Below are positions 51,101 through 62,600 of a stretch of DNA of 64,000 nt, one piece after another; position 1 is the stretch's first letter; the number at the start of each line of letters is the position of its first letter. The translations under genes and the position numbers were made by a program. The stretch covers positions 470,527-534,526 of the forward strand of contig NW_003314270.1 in the NCBI RefSeq assembly GCF_000143415.4, read 5' to 3'. Origin of the DNA: Selaginella moellendorffii (lineage: Eukaryota > Plantae > Lycopodiophyta). A model generated the notes under the pieces. The model did not search any database. It saw nothing but the letters and a program-made list of their open reading frames with translations, and was not told the origin of the DNA.

Positions 51101-53039
51101 GAACCCAAAAGGTTTGACATCCCCTCTTAGTTGCTTTTTGAGCGGCCCTCGCAGTCAGGAACTTTGCATCCCAATCTTTTGAGGAACGCTTTTGCAACTG
51201 AAAGGATACATCAGGATGTCCTTCTGACTTCAACGTGATACGACTTTGTCCAGCACCATAAATCCCTTTTATATACTTGTTGAAGAAATCCATACCAAAC
51301 ACCATCTGAAAATCTGGTATCTTCAACACTACCAAGTCCACTCTTTCTTTCCACTTGGATATCTTTATTGGAACATCACTCACAAACTTTCTGGCTACTT
51401 GCCCACCTTCCGCAAACCGGAAGTGCATAGGCGACATTTGCTCAGCATTCAATCCTAACAACTTAACTAAGTCTTCGGATATCACGCTGTGCGTAGCTCC
51501 CGTGTCAATCATCACTCGGATTCGGTGTCCACGGACAAAGCCTACCAGATACATTAACGGATCAGTATTTGCATTGACTGCAAGAAAAGCTTGAGGAAAG
51601 CAACGAAAGTTACTCACCTCTTCTTCCTCATAGTCTGCATTGACCAATTCGTCAACCCCTTCAGCTTCACCATCACCGTCTTCCCTCATGACATTAACCC
51701 GAGACCTTGTCTTATGCTTGTTGGGACATTCCGAGGACCTATGTCCCGACTCTCCACAATGGAAGCAATGACCCACACTACCCGTTCCGCTAGGAGCAGG
51801 TTTTGCAGGTTGCTGCTGCTTGTACCCACCAGGAGGAGGAACAGAGGACCTAGGACCAGAAGAAGCTGCTGGTGGTCTCCAACCACCACCACCTTTATTC
51901 ACCGTAGCTTGTGAGCCCCCAGGGCGGTACCTACTTTCCACCCTTTGTTTCCGATCACCTTGCTTATTCCCAGAATTCCTATTTTTATCCGAGTTACCAG
52001 CATAAGGTTGCTGATATTGTTCCATGAGCGAGTGACTAAAGGCAACTTGCTGTGCTGCCTCCTTACACTCCAAGTAAGTCTTCGGCTTAAACTTCAAAAT
52101 CTCATTGCGAGAAAATGAACTTAAACCCTCTAGAAAATAACTCCGAGCATCTTCGTCACTCATGTTTGCAATCATAATGCGCTTCTGAGCAAACGCATTA
52201 ACGTAATGCATAAGGTCCCCTCGCTGCTTTAACCGCCGCAGCTCCGCGCGAAGTCTTAGACCAAGATCGTCCGGCAAGTATTCCTTACGGATACGAGACC
52301 GCATCTTGGTCCAACTTCTAGTCTGCCCTTTTTCAGCACACACCTGGCGCCACCAAGTTTTGGCATGATCGGTGAGAAAGGATTGCGCGCACGCAACTTT
52401 CGTACGATCATCTACGTCTGCCGCTATGAAGTAGTTCTCCATATCGTAGACCCAGTCTTCCAAAACCTGATAGTCCCGCATGCCTCTGAAATTGGGTGGT
52501 TTTGGAGGCTTGAACTTTGAAACTCGTGCAACCGGGGGCGGCTGCAGAACTTCATCGTCCTCAGAACTTGAAGAGGAATCCGGTTGCTTAGGCTTTGCTG
52601 GTTTAGCTGCCTCAGCTTCTTTCTTCCTCTTCTTGTTCTCCTTCTTTAATTTGCGAATCTCCTTTCGCAAATTCTCAATCTCGACTTCCTGAGCCGTACG
52701 CTGCAACGCCACAGCATTTGGCTCTTCCTCTTCCGACTCAGCCTCTGCCTCTTCCGCAGCATCTCTAGCAGGAGTTTCCTCCTCTCGATTCGCCCGTCTA
52801 GAGGTTTCAGCGTCATCAGCACGGTTCCGTTTCACCATCCCGCTAGCTGCATGCATGCCTCTATCAGTAACTGAACATGCATACAACGTCCTTACCGAAT
52901 GGTGCAATCCAACTAATCCTACACAGGTCGCTTCAGATCTACTAGAAAAGTCTCTGCGTATGCAACTTGAGTCAGAAAATCCGACAAAAGTTGGATAGAA
53001 ATCGCTGAGACAATCCCTCGGCTTCGTAATGTAGCGCAC
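48123..53039 (-). CDS. Gag-Pol polyprotein, copy 1 (Gag, CCHC, PR, RT, RNase H, IN, GPY/F, chromodomain) with one in-frame TAG at 48753-48755
   Basis: [43 protein letters not shown]-type zinc motif, [24 protein letters not shown]. True start is probably an ATG near 52856/52838. Confidence 0.95.
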
Positions 53040-54567
53040 CTGAATTTGGAGCCGAACTCCAAGCCCGTTGCGCTACGAAACGAGGGTCCGGTACAATCCC
53101 ACGAGCACCAGCTCCCCGTATCCAGCACCTGCACGCAAAATGGTGTCAAACGGAGGTCTGGCACAATTTTGGCATACCGGTGGCCTAACGCGAGAAGGAG
53201 GGTACTCCACCGACTAGAGCAGCGTGGAGCTTGGGCTTAGACCCAAGCCGGACGCAGAACAAGGAGCGACACAGCCCAGCGGGAGCCAAACTAATGTCTC
53301 AGGTGGTCGGACATGCATTCCAACCACTATCCCTACTATACATTTGGAACCCCCCACAGCCCCCCCCCCTTGAGGGACACACGCTTTGGGCTTTCACCCC
53401 AAGCCTCCCTTAGTACCAGGAGTTAGTCTCTGGGACAAGTCCGAAACTTACTAAATATGGAATGGCCTTAGATTGCGAATTTGGACACGGAACGAACACC
53501 ATTGTGTTCAGGCCACTCTCTACGTTCTGTAGATATGCCAAATGAGCGAATCTAGACACTTTCCATAAATAGTATATGGGACTGAAATGAGACCAACACT
53601 AAGGGTATGATAGCGAGGGTGTTTGGCAGACACGGTAAGCTATCATCCAGCGATATTGAGGGACTAGTCTCAATATGCGAGGGTTCTTGCCAAGCCAGTG
53701 CAAGACAGAGCAAAAGAGAACTAAGAGCCAGGCCGAGAATGCTCAGCTAGAAACACATAGGAGTTCCTACCTTATGTTCATCTGGCTAAGTACAGATGCT
53801 AAGCCCAGTAAGCTAACACTTGGACAAGAGGGGCTATTGAAGGGAACCAGCAGTACCGACCTCCTGCCGTCGTGGCAGTAAGGAAAGAGTGCCCGTAAGG
53901 ACTGGCCGACAAGTATCTTTCGATACCCGAAGTCACGTTCGCGACACTCTCCCCCCCTTGGGGAAGATCGACGTCCTCGTCGATGCATACCCGAGTCTAG
54001 CAAACCGTCAAGGAAACAACTCCGAAAGTTAACGGAAAGCACACTATGTGAGAAACACACCGACTTAAATGAGTTATGGAACGACCTCTCCTCTACGTCC
54101 AAAGACGTTAAGACCCAGACACCCTCCGGCCGTCGCCGACAAGGAAATGACCAACGGAGTTAGCCACCCTTGCTGCTCTGAGTACCACTCAGCTTACAAA
54201 GGAATGATACATCCCTGCCCGCAGGGATATAGGGAGAAGGCCAGAGGCCCAACTGCCCCTGAGCAAGAAATCAACCCCGTCGGGAAGATTTAGACAACTA
54301 TTATAAACTGGCAGATTAAGTTGTTTACACGACCACGCCCCTTTTTTTTTTTTTTTTTGAAAAGGAGTCATCGAGAGAGAGGCGGGGACTTGTGATCAGT
54401 CTATAATAGTTATCCCCATGGTTATGGATTGGACCCATGCACCGAAGTGCCGAAGTCAGCCTGCCAAAACTGACCCAAGTACAAATGATTTAGAGAAACG
54501 ACACTTTGAGTGATAGAAATATTTTTACTTTATTAATTTGCAAGATTTATTACAAGATTTACAAAAG

Positions 54568-57500
54568 CTAGGCTTTATTACAATTCTCATACTCCGTGAC
54601 AAGCTCACGAGCATGGGTAAGATTACTAAGAGGTTCCCAAGTTGATTCACAAGTCGGGTAACCTTTCCACTTAACTAAATATTCCTTTGCATGAGCCCGT
54701 CTCCGAAACCGAGAATCCAAGATAGATTCAGCTTCATACTCAGGTTCACCATCCACGATTACTGGCGGAGGACGCATATCCGTAGAGGGTTCCAAAGCAG
54801 CATGATATGGTGCCAGTAAACTGACATGAAACACATCATGTAGCTTAGATAACTCCTCAGGAAGATCCAACTTATAGGATACATCACCAACACGTTTTAA
54901 CACCTGATAGGGTCCAACATATCTCGGCAAGAGCTTCCGAGACAAAGAACCCTTGATGTTCAAGTTCCGGGAAGATAGCCACACCTGATCTCCCACTAGA
55001 TAGGATACATCCCGACGATGCTGATCCTTGTCACGTCGATACCTATCCTGAGCTTTGCCCATCGCCTCGGTAGCTTTAGACCAACCTTGGCGTAGCTGCT
55101 CCGCATAAGTTTCCACGGCTGGGACCAACACTTCGGTCATTGGTTTCGGGACAACGATCTGTTGAGGAACCCCACGAGCATTCCCTTGCAACATCTCCTA
55201 TGGAGAACAGCCTATAGAGCTGTGAAATGTGTTGTTATAACAAATTTCTGCTGTATCCAAATGCTCAACCCAGTCGCGTTGGTCCGCCGCGACATAGTAC
55301 CGCAGATAATCCTCAACTTGAGCATTCACGCGTTCGGTCTGCCCATCAGTTTGAGGATGATAAGCCGTACTAAACTTCAACTTGGTACCAAACAACTGGA
55401 ATAGGGTTCCCCAAAACTTCCCCGTAAACCTCGAATCTCTATCTGAGATCATTTCTTCAGGAAGACCACGAACTCGCACTACTTCATGGAAAAAGAGCTT
55501 TGCTGCTTGTTTCGCATTTACTGTTCCCACAGTTGGAATGAAGTGTGCAATCTTTGACAACCGATCCACAACCACCATCAAAGTATCATAACCCTTAGAC
55601 TTCGGCAAACAAGTGACGAAATCAAGTGTCACACTTTGAAATGGCCATGCTGGTACTGGAATGCACTGCAACTTTCCAGCCTGCTTCTCAGTTCTGCGCT
55701 TACATTGCTGGCATACAGGACAGGAACGGACATAGTCCGCTACATCATCTTCCATACCAGACCAGAAAAATCCCTTTTTCAATGAAGCCAGAGTCTTTCG
55801 TTGTCCACCATGTCCTGCTGCTGGAACATCGTGATGTTCCCGCAGAAATAACTGCTGAAGATCCTTAGAGGGAAGATACAATCTTTCTTGCTTATAGAAT
55901 ATAAGCCCATCCCGAACTGAGAAGTGAAGTTTCGCATTAGTGCGACTAGCAACTTTTGCTGCTTCGCTACCAGGGCTCTGCTTCGACAACTCCGCACGGC
56001 GTAAGATTGTCTTCGCCAATGGATCTCTTCCATACGAAGCCCGAACGTCCTCCAACCAGTCCGAACTGATTGCCGATATTGCCCGGAATTGAGCTTGACG
56101 ACTCAACGCATCCGGAACAATATTGTCTTTACCAGGTTTATATATGATTTCAATATCATATCTAGCAAGCTTCTCTTGCCAACGAGCCTGCTTCGGCGTA
56201 AGCTTAGGCTGCGTAGCAAAGTAGCTTAGTGTGTTACTATCTGTATAAACCTTGGTATGTCCACCCAAGTAGTGTCTCCAGTGTTCCAGGGCCGACACTA
56301 TAGCAAACATCTCTTTCTCATGCGTTGGCCATCTTCGTTGGGTCTCATCCAATTTCTTGGAATAGAACGCAATGGGACAACCATGTCGCCTTAGCGTAAC
56401 ACCAACCGCTTTGTCACAATCTTGCTGCAACACGGCACCAATAGCATAGCCAGATGCATCACAATGCACTTCGAAGGGTTTATCAAGATCTGGGATCCTG
56501 AGAACAGGAACTGTAGTCAAGATCTCCTTCAACCGTGCAAAAGCACGCTGGCAAACTGGTGTCCAATGAAACGGAATACTACTCTTCGTCAACTCAGTCA
56601 ACGGAAGAGCAATCCTTGCAAAATTGCGGACAAACTTACGATAGTATCCCGCCAAACCGAGAAAGGATCGAACATCTGATACAGTGGTCGGAACTTCCCA
56701 GGACTTCACTGCTTCCACCTTCTTTGGATCGACCTCAATCACGCCACCACCAACTATATGTCCGAGAAAGTTTACGCGCAATTGTCCAAAAGCGCATTTA
56801 CTTTCCTTAGCATACAGTTTGTGTTCGCGCAACTTCTGAAACACCAGCTCCAAGTGTTTCAAATGATCCTCCAACGTTTCACTAAAGACTAGAACATCGT
56901 CAATATACAGGACAACAAATGCATCCAAGTAATCTCCGAATATTCTATCCATCATAGTGCTGAACGTTGCCGGAGCATTGCATAATCCAAATGGCATGAC
57001 AAGGAACTCATAAGATCCGTACCGAGTCTTAAAGGCTGTCTTCTCTACATCCTGATCTGCCACCCGTATCTGATGATACCCGGACCGCAAATCAAGTCGC
57101 GTAAAATACTTAGCCTTTAAGAGTTGGTCAAACAAGTCATCAATGCGAGGCAAAGGATAACTGTTTTTAACCGTGATCTTGTTGAGTGCCCGATAGTCAA
57201 TACACATCCTCATGGTTCCATCCTTTTTCATAACAAAAAGGACTGGCGCTCCATAAGGTGACTTGCTTGGTCGGATATGACCTTTGTCAAGAAGCTCCAT
57301 GAGTTGCTTCTTGAGTTCAGCCATCTCCTTGATGTTCAACCGATATGGAGCTTTCGTAGGTGGTTTAGAACCCGGAATAATCTCAATCCGATGATCAACC
57401 TCACGGCTAGGAGGTAGCCCTGGCGGCAAATCCTTCGGAAAGATATCCTGATTCCTCGCCAACAACTCCAATATCCTTTTTGTTACAGGATCAACCCCGT

Positions 57501-59484
57501 CGCCGATTCGTACTGAGTCACCAATACCCTCAGCTTCCATCACTTGAACCCAAAAGGTTTGACATCCCCTCTTAGTTGCTTTTTGAGCGGCCCTCGCAGT
57601 CTTCTAACCTTGTACGTTAGGTCAAGAGGAACGCTTTTGCAACTGAAAGGATACATCAGGATGTCCTTCTGACTTCAACGTGATACGACTTTGTCCAGCA
57701 CCATAAATCCCTTTTATATACTTGTTGAAGAAATCCATACCAAACACCATCTGAAAATCTGGTATCTTCAACACTACCAAGTCCACTCTTTCTTTCCACT
57801 TGGATATCTTTATTGGAACATCACTCACAAACTTTCTGGCTACTTGCCCACCTTCCGCAAACCGGAAGTGCATAGGCGACATTTGCTCAGCATTCAATCC
57901 TAACAACTTAACTAAGTCTTCGGATATCACGCTGTGCGTAGCTCCCGTGTCAATCATCACTCGGATTCGGTGTCCACGGACAAAGCCTACCAGATACATT
58001 AACGGATCAGTATTTGCATTGACTGCAAGAAAAGCTTGAGGAAAGCAACGAAAGTTACTCACCTCTTCTTCCTCATAGTCTGCATTGACCAATTCGTCAA
58101 CCCCTTCAGCTTCACCATCACCGTCTTCCCTCATGACATTAACCCGAGACCTTGTCTTATGCTTGTTGGGACATTCCGAGGACCTATGTCCCGACTCTCC
58201 ACAATGGAAGCAATGACCCACACTACCCGTTCCGCTAGGAGCAGGTTTTGCAGGTTGCTGCTGCTTGTACCCACCAGGAGGAGGAACAGAGGACCTAGGA
58301 CCAGAAGAAGCTGCTGGTGGTCTCCAACCACCACCACCTTTATTCACCGTAGCTTGTGAGCCCCCAGGGCGGTACCTACTTTCCACCCTTTGTTTCCGAT
58401 CACCTTGCTTATTCCCAGAATTCCTATTTTTATCCGAGTTACCAGCATAAGGTTGCTGATATTGTTCCATGAGCGAGTGACTAAAGGCAACTTGCTGTGC
58501 TGCCTCCTTACACTCCAAGTAAGTCTTCGGCTTAAACTTCAAAATCTCATTGCGAGAAAATGAACTTAAACCCTCTAGAAAATAACTCCGAGCATCTTCG
58601 TCACTCATGTTTGCAATCATAATGCGCTTCTGAGCAAACGCATTAACGTAATGCATAAGGTCCCCTCGCTGCTTTAACCGCCGCAGCTCCGCGCGAAGTC
58701 TTAGACCAAGATCGTCCGGCAAGTATTCCTTACGGATACGAGACCGCATCTTGGTCCAACTTCTAGTCTGCCCTTTTTCAGCACACACCTGGCGCCACCA
58801 AGTTTTGGCATGATCGGTGAGAAAGGATTGCGCGCACGCAACTTTCGTACGATCATCTACGTCTGCCGCTATGAAGTAGTTCTCCATATCGTAGACCCAG
58901 TCTTCCAAAACCTGATAGTCCCGCATGCCTCTGAAATTGGGTGGTTTTGGAGGCTTGAACTTTGAAACTCGTGCAACCGGGGGCGGCTGCAGAACTTCAT
59001 CGTCCTCAGAACTTGAAGAGGAATCCGGTTGCTTAGGCTTTGCTGGTTTAGCTGCCTCAGCTTCTTTCTTCCTCTTCTTGTTCTCCTTCTTTAATTTGCG
59101 AATCTCCTTTCGCAAATTCTCAATCTCGACTTCCTGAGCCGTACGCTGCAACGCCACAGCATTTGGCTCTTCCTCTTCCGACTCAGCCTCTGCCTCTTCC
59201 GCAGCATCTCTAGCAGGAGTTTCCTCCTCTCGATTCGCCCGTCTAGAGGTTTCAGCGTCATCAGCACGGTTCCGTTTCACCATCCCGCTAGCTGCATGCA
59301 TGCCTCTATCAGTAACTGAACATGCATACAACGTCCTTACCGAATGGTGCAATCCAACTAATCCTACACAGGTCGCTTCAGATCTACTAGAAAAGTCTCT
59401 GCGTATGCAACTTGAGTCAGAAAATCCGACAAAAGTTGGATAGAAATCGCTGAGACAATCCCTCGGCTTCGTAATGTAGCGCAC
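54568..59484 (-). pseudogene. Gag-Pol polyprotein, copy 2; extra stops from a block substitution at 57602-57625 plus the shared TAG at 55198
   Basis: Gag-PR identical in protein to copy 1; four amino-acid differences seen in the Pol ORF. Confidence 0.93.
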
Positions 59485-59671
59485 CTGAATTTGGAGCCGA
59501 ACTCCAAGCCCGTTGCGCTACGAAACGAGGGTCCGGTACAATCCCACGAGCACCAGCTCCCCGTATCCAGCACCTGCACGCAAAATGGTGTCAAACGGAG
59601 TCTGGCACAATTTTGGCATACCGGTGGCCTAACGCGAGAAGGAGGGTACTCCTACATTTGGAACCCCCCAC

Positions 59672-62600
59672 AATGTGACTTCAGGTATCGAAAGTTACCT
59701 GTCGGCTAGTCCTTACGGACACTCTTACCTTACTGCCACGATGGCAGGAGGTCGGTATTGCTGGTTCCCTTTATTAGCCCCTCTTGTTCAAGTGTTAGTT
59801 TACTGGGCTTAGCACCTGTACTTAGCCAGATGGACATAAGGTAGGAACTCCTATGTGTTTCTAGCTGAGCATACTCGGCCTGGCTTTTAGTTCTCTTTTG
59901 CTCTGTCTTGCACTGGCTTGACAAGAACCCTCGCGTATTGAGATTGGTCCCTCAATATCGCTGGATGATAGCTTACCGTGTCTGCCAAACACCCTCGCTA
60001 TCATGCCCTTTGTGTTAGTCTCATTTTGGTCCCAAATGCTATTTATGGAAAGTGTCCAGATTTGCTCATTTGGCATATCTACGGAATGTAGAGATTGGCC
60101 TGAACACAATGGTGTTTGTCCCGTGTCCAAATTCGCAATCTAAGGACATTCCATATTTAGTAAGTTTCGAGCTTGTCCCAGAGACTAACTCTTGATACTA
60201 AGGGAGGCTTGGGGTGAAAGCCCAAAGCGTGTGTTCCTCAAGGGGGGGGGGCTATGGGGGGTTCCAAATGTATAGTAGGGATAGTGGGTAGGTCGGGCAT
60301 GGCCGACCAACCTGAGGCATAGTCTAGCTCCCGCTTGCGTGCTTGTCCTTGTTCTGCGTCCGGCTTGGGTCTAAGCCCAAGTTCCATTCCATGCTAGTTG
60401 GTGGAGTACCCATATCCTCACGTTAGGCCACCGGTATGCCGAAATAGCGCCAGACTCCGTTTGGCTCCGTTTTGCGTGCTGGTCCTGGCATTGGTATGCT
60501 GGTTGCTCCAGGACTGTTCCAAGTCGCTCCGGGCTCCTGTCCCCTCGCTCCTTGGGCTATATGCTCGGGAGTTGCTCCGTGGTCCGGTTTCATCACTCCT
60601 TGGCGTCACGCTTGGGAGTTTGGCACCGTTCCTTCGTTCAGTGGCCCAAGGCCCTGAACCTCGGGTTACTATGGACACGTGGCACGGACACGTGGTATGT
60701 GACACGTGGCATTTGTCACGTGGCACAAAGAGGGTTTAGGTTCCGCTTCGTGGTGTTATCCTATGGTAAATCACCATAGGATAAAGGGTCAAAACCACGT
60801 GCGCTACATTTGGTATCAGAGAATGAGTCTCAGCGAGTACTATTCAATGAGATTGGGCAACTAGTCTTGTTGCATACGCAGAGATGAAAACGATGATCCG
60901 AGTGGGTACACGTTTGGGTGCAAAGGCTTCGCAATTGGTTCCTTGGGTATGGATATTGTTACCTTGTTGTACCTTATGATGTGAGCTTGCGCTTGGGCTC
61001 ATAGGATGGTTTGGAGATGTTCCGTTTGCACGAGTTTGAGCTTGAGCTCGTGAGTGAGGCACATTAGCAACTCGAGGTTACACTTTGAGTTGGCAGGATT
61101 AATGTTAGCCTATCGTTGGTTCCATGAGTTGTTCCATGTACCATGGGTGAAAGCAAACCTCCCTGGGTTTGCTATGAGTGGCAAATAGGCTGGTCCGTAG
61201 CTGTTTAGCACGGCACTAGTGGATCCTTCCTAGGTATGATTATAAGTGGATCAATCAAGACTGTAGGGAATAGTCTATTGGTTCAAGTAATCATTGCCGT
61301 GCTCTCTCATAAACTTTTCTTGGGTTGAACTGAAGGCAGTGCGAAAGCAAGCTTGAGGTTTGGTCAAAGATGAGACCGAAAAGAGAGTCATCGGGGACGG
61401 AGGATCAAATACGTAAATCATTTTCTCTTCTTGGAGAAATGATTTGCAATGAGGTGTTAACTCATTGCTTGTGTTCACATTATGCAATCAAGAGTCCCTA
61501 CCTTGATGCATGTTGGAAGTGATGGTCTTACAAGTGGTGAGTTATGGGATGGATAGTGGTGAAACACTAAACCATTTTTGTCTAGACTCGCTATTGGAAG
61601 ACTTGGGTTGCAATGCTCAATTCTTTTCTGGGGAACCTTGCTATTGCTCCTTGAGTGGCTTGGTGTTGGATTAGTGTTGAGTTTGGTTGGAAAGAGAGTG
61701 GCATGAGCTTGTCCGTGTTGTGAACAAAAGTTAGTGGTGTTGGGTGTTGTAAATCTCTATCGGTGGAGTGTGGCATTTATGTTGCATTTTGTCGAATCGA
61801 GTTGGCATTTGATACTCACATAAACGTTTGAAGTAATGACATAAGCCTTGCTCATTGCGTTACTCAATTGATGATCAAGACATTGTGATTTATATCATAT
61901 CCATGTGATAATGAGCAATGTGTTTACGAAGTTGCTTGGGTAAATGATGATCAACCCCAAAGTGGTTGATGGAGAAGCTAGTCTACTTGCACAAAGTAGC
62001 ATTGTAGTAGCTTTGACTGGATTCTCGCTGGTGGTCCATTATGCTAAGCTTATGTTGGTACCTTGTTTCCTTGAGGGTTTGCCCATAAGGTGTTGGGAAT
62101 GGGTTGTAGCATTCATTTGCTATAGCTCATCTGTTGATCCGTTAGCACTTGGAGTAGATTATTGGATGGAGAAGGTGTGAGGTTGATGCATTGACATCGC
62201 TAGCACTTGTGTTAGTGGAAGTGGCATTGTTGATTCGAGTGATGAGGAATTTTCCTTAGAGCTTGATTTTCCATGTCATTTTTCTTGTTAGTGTTTTGGC
62301 TTCACATTGGATCTTGAAGGTGATTGAAGAAGAGTGTTAGTGCAATATGGATATCCGAAGATGTGGTCTTCGTGATCAAGCCTTGGATGTTCATTTTGCA
62401 CTTTGCGGATGTCGGTGTTGGATATTGGAAAAATGGGCAAAGATGTTCGATGCTTAAGCATATTGATGGATCATGAGAATTTGTGTTGAGGTGAACCTAT
62501 GTGAAGTTGTAGGTAGGAGGAAGTTGGTTGAGTCTTGAAAGTTTGCAATCCTGGACTGAGAGTCATTCTTTCTCTAGGATGGGAAATTTTCCACAAATTT

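Larger units (their letters stand above)
46585..59671 (-). mobile_element. Tandem Ty3/Gypsy chromovirus LTR-int-LTR-int-LTR(truncated), 6445-bp period
   Basis: 917-bp LTRs at 46585-47501 and 53030-53946, partial LTR at 59475-59671. PPT (minus AAGGGGGGGAGAG) next to 47501 and 53946; near-identical units. Confidence 0.97.
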
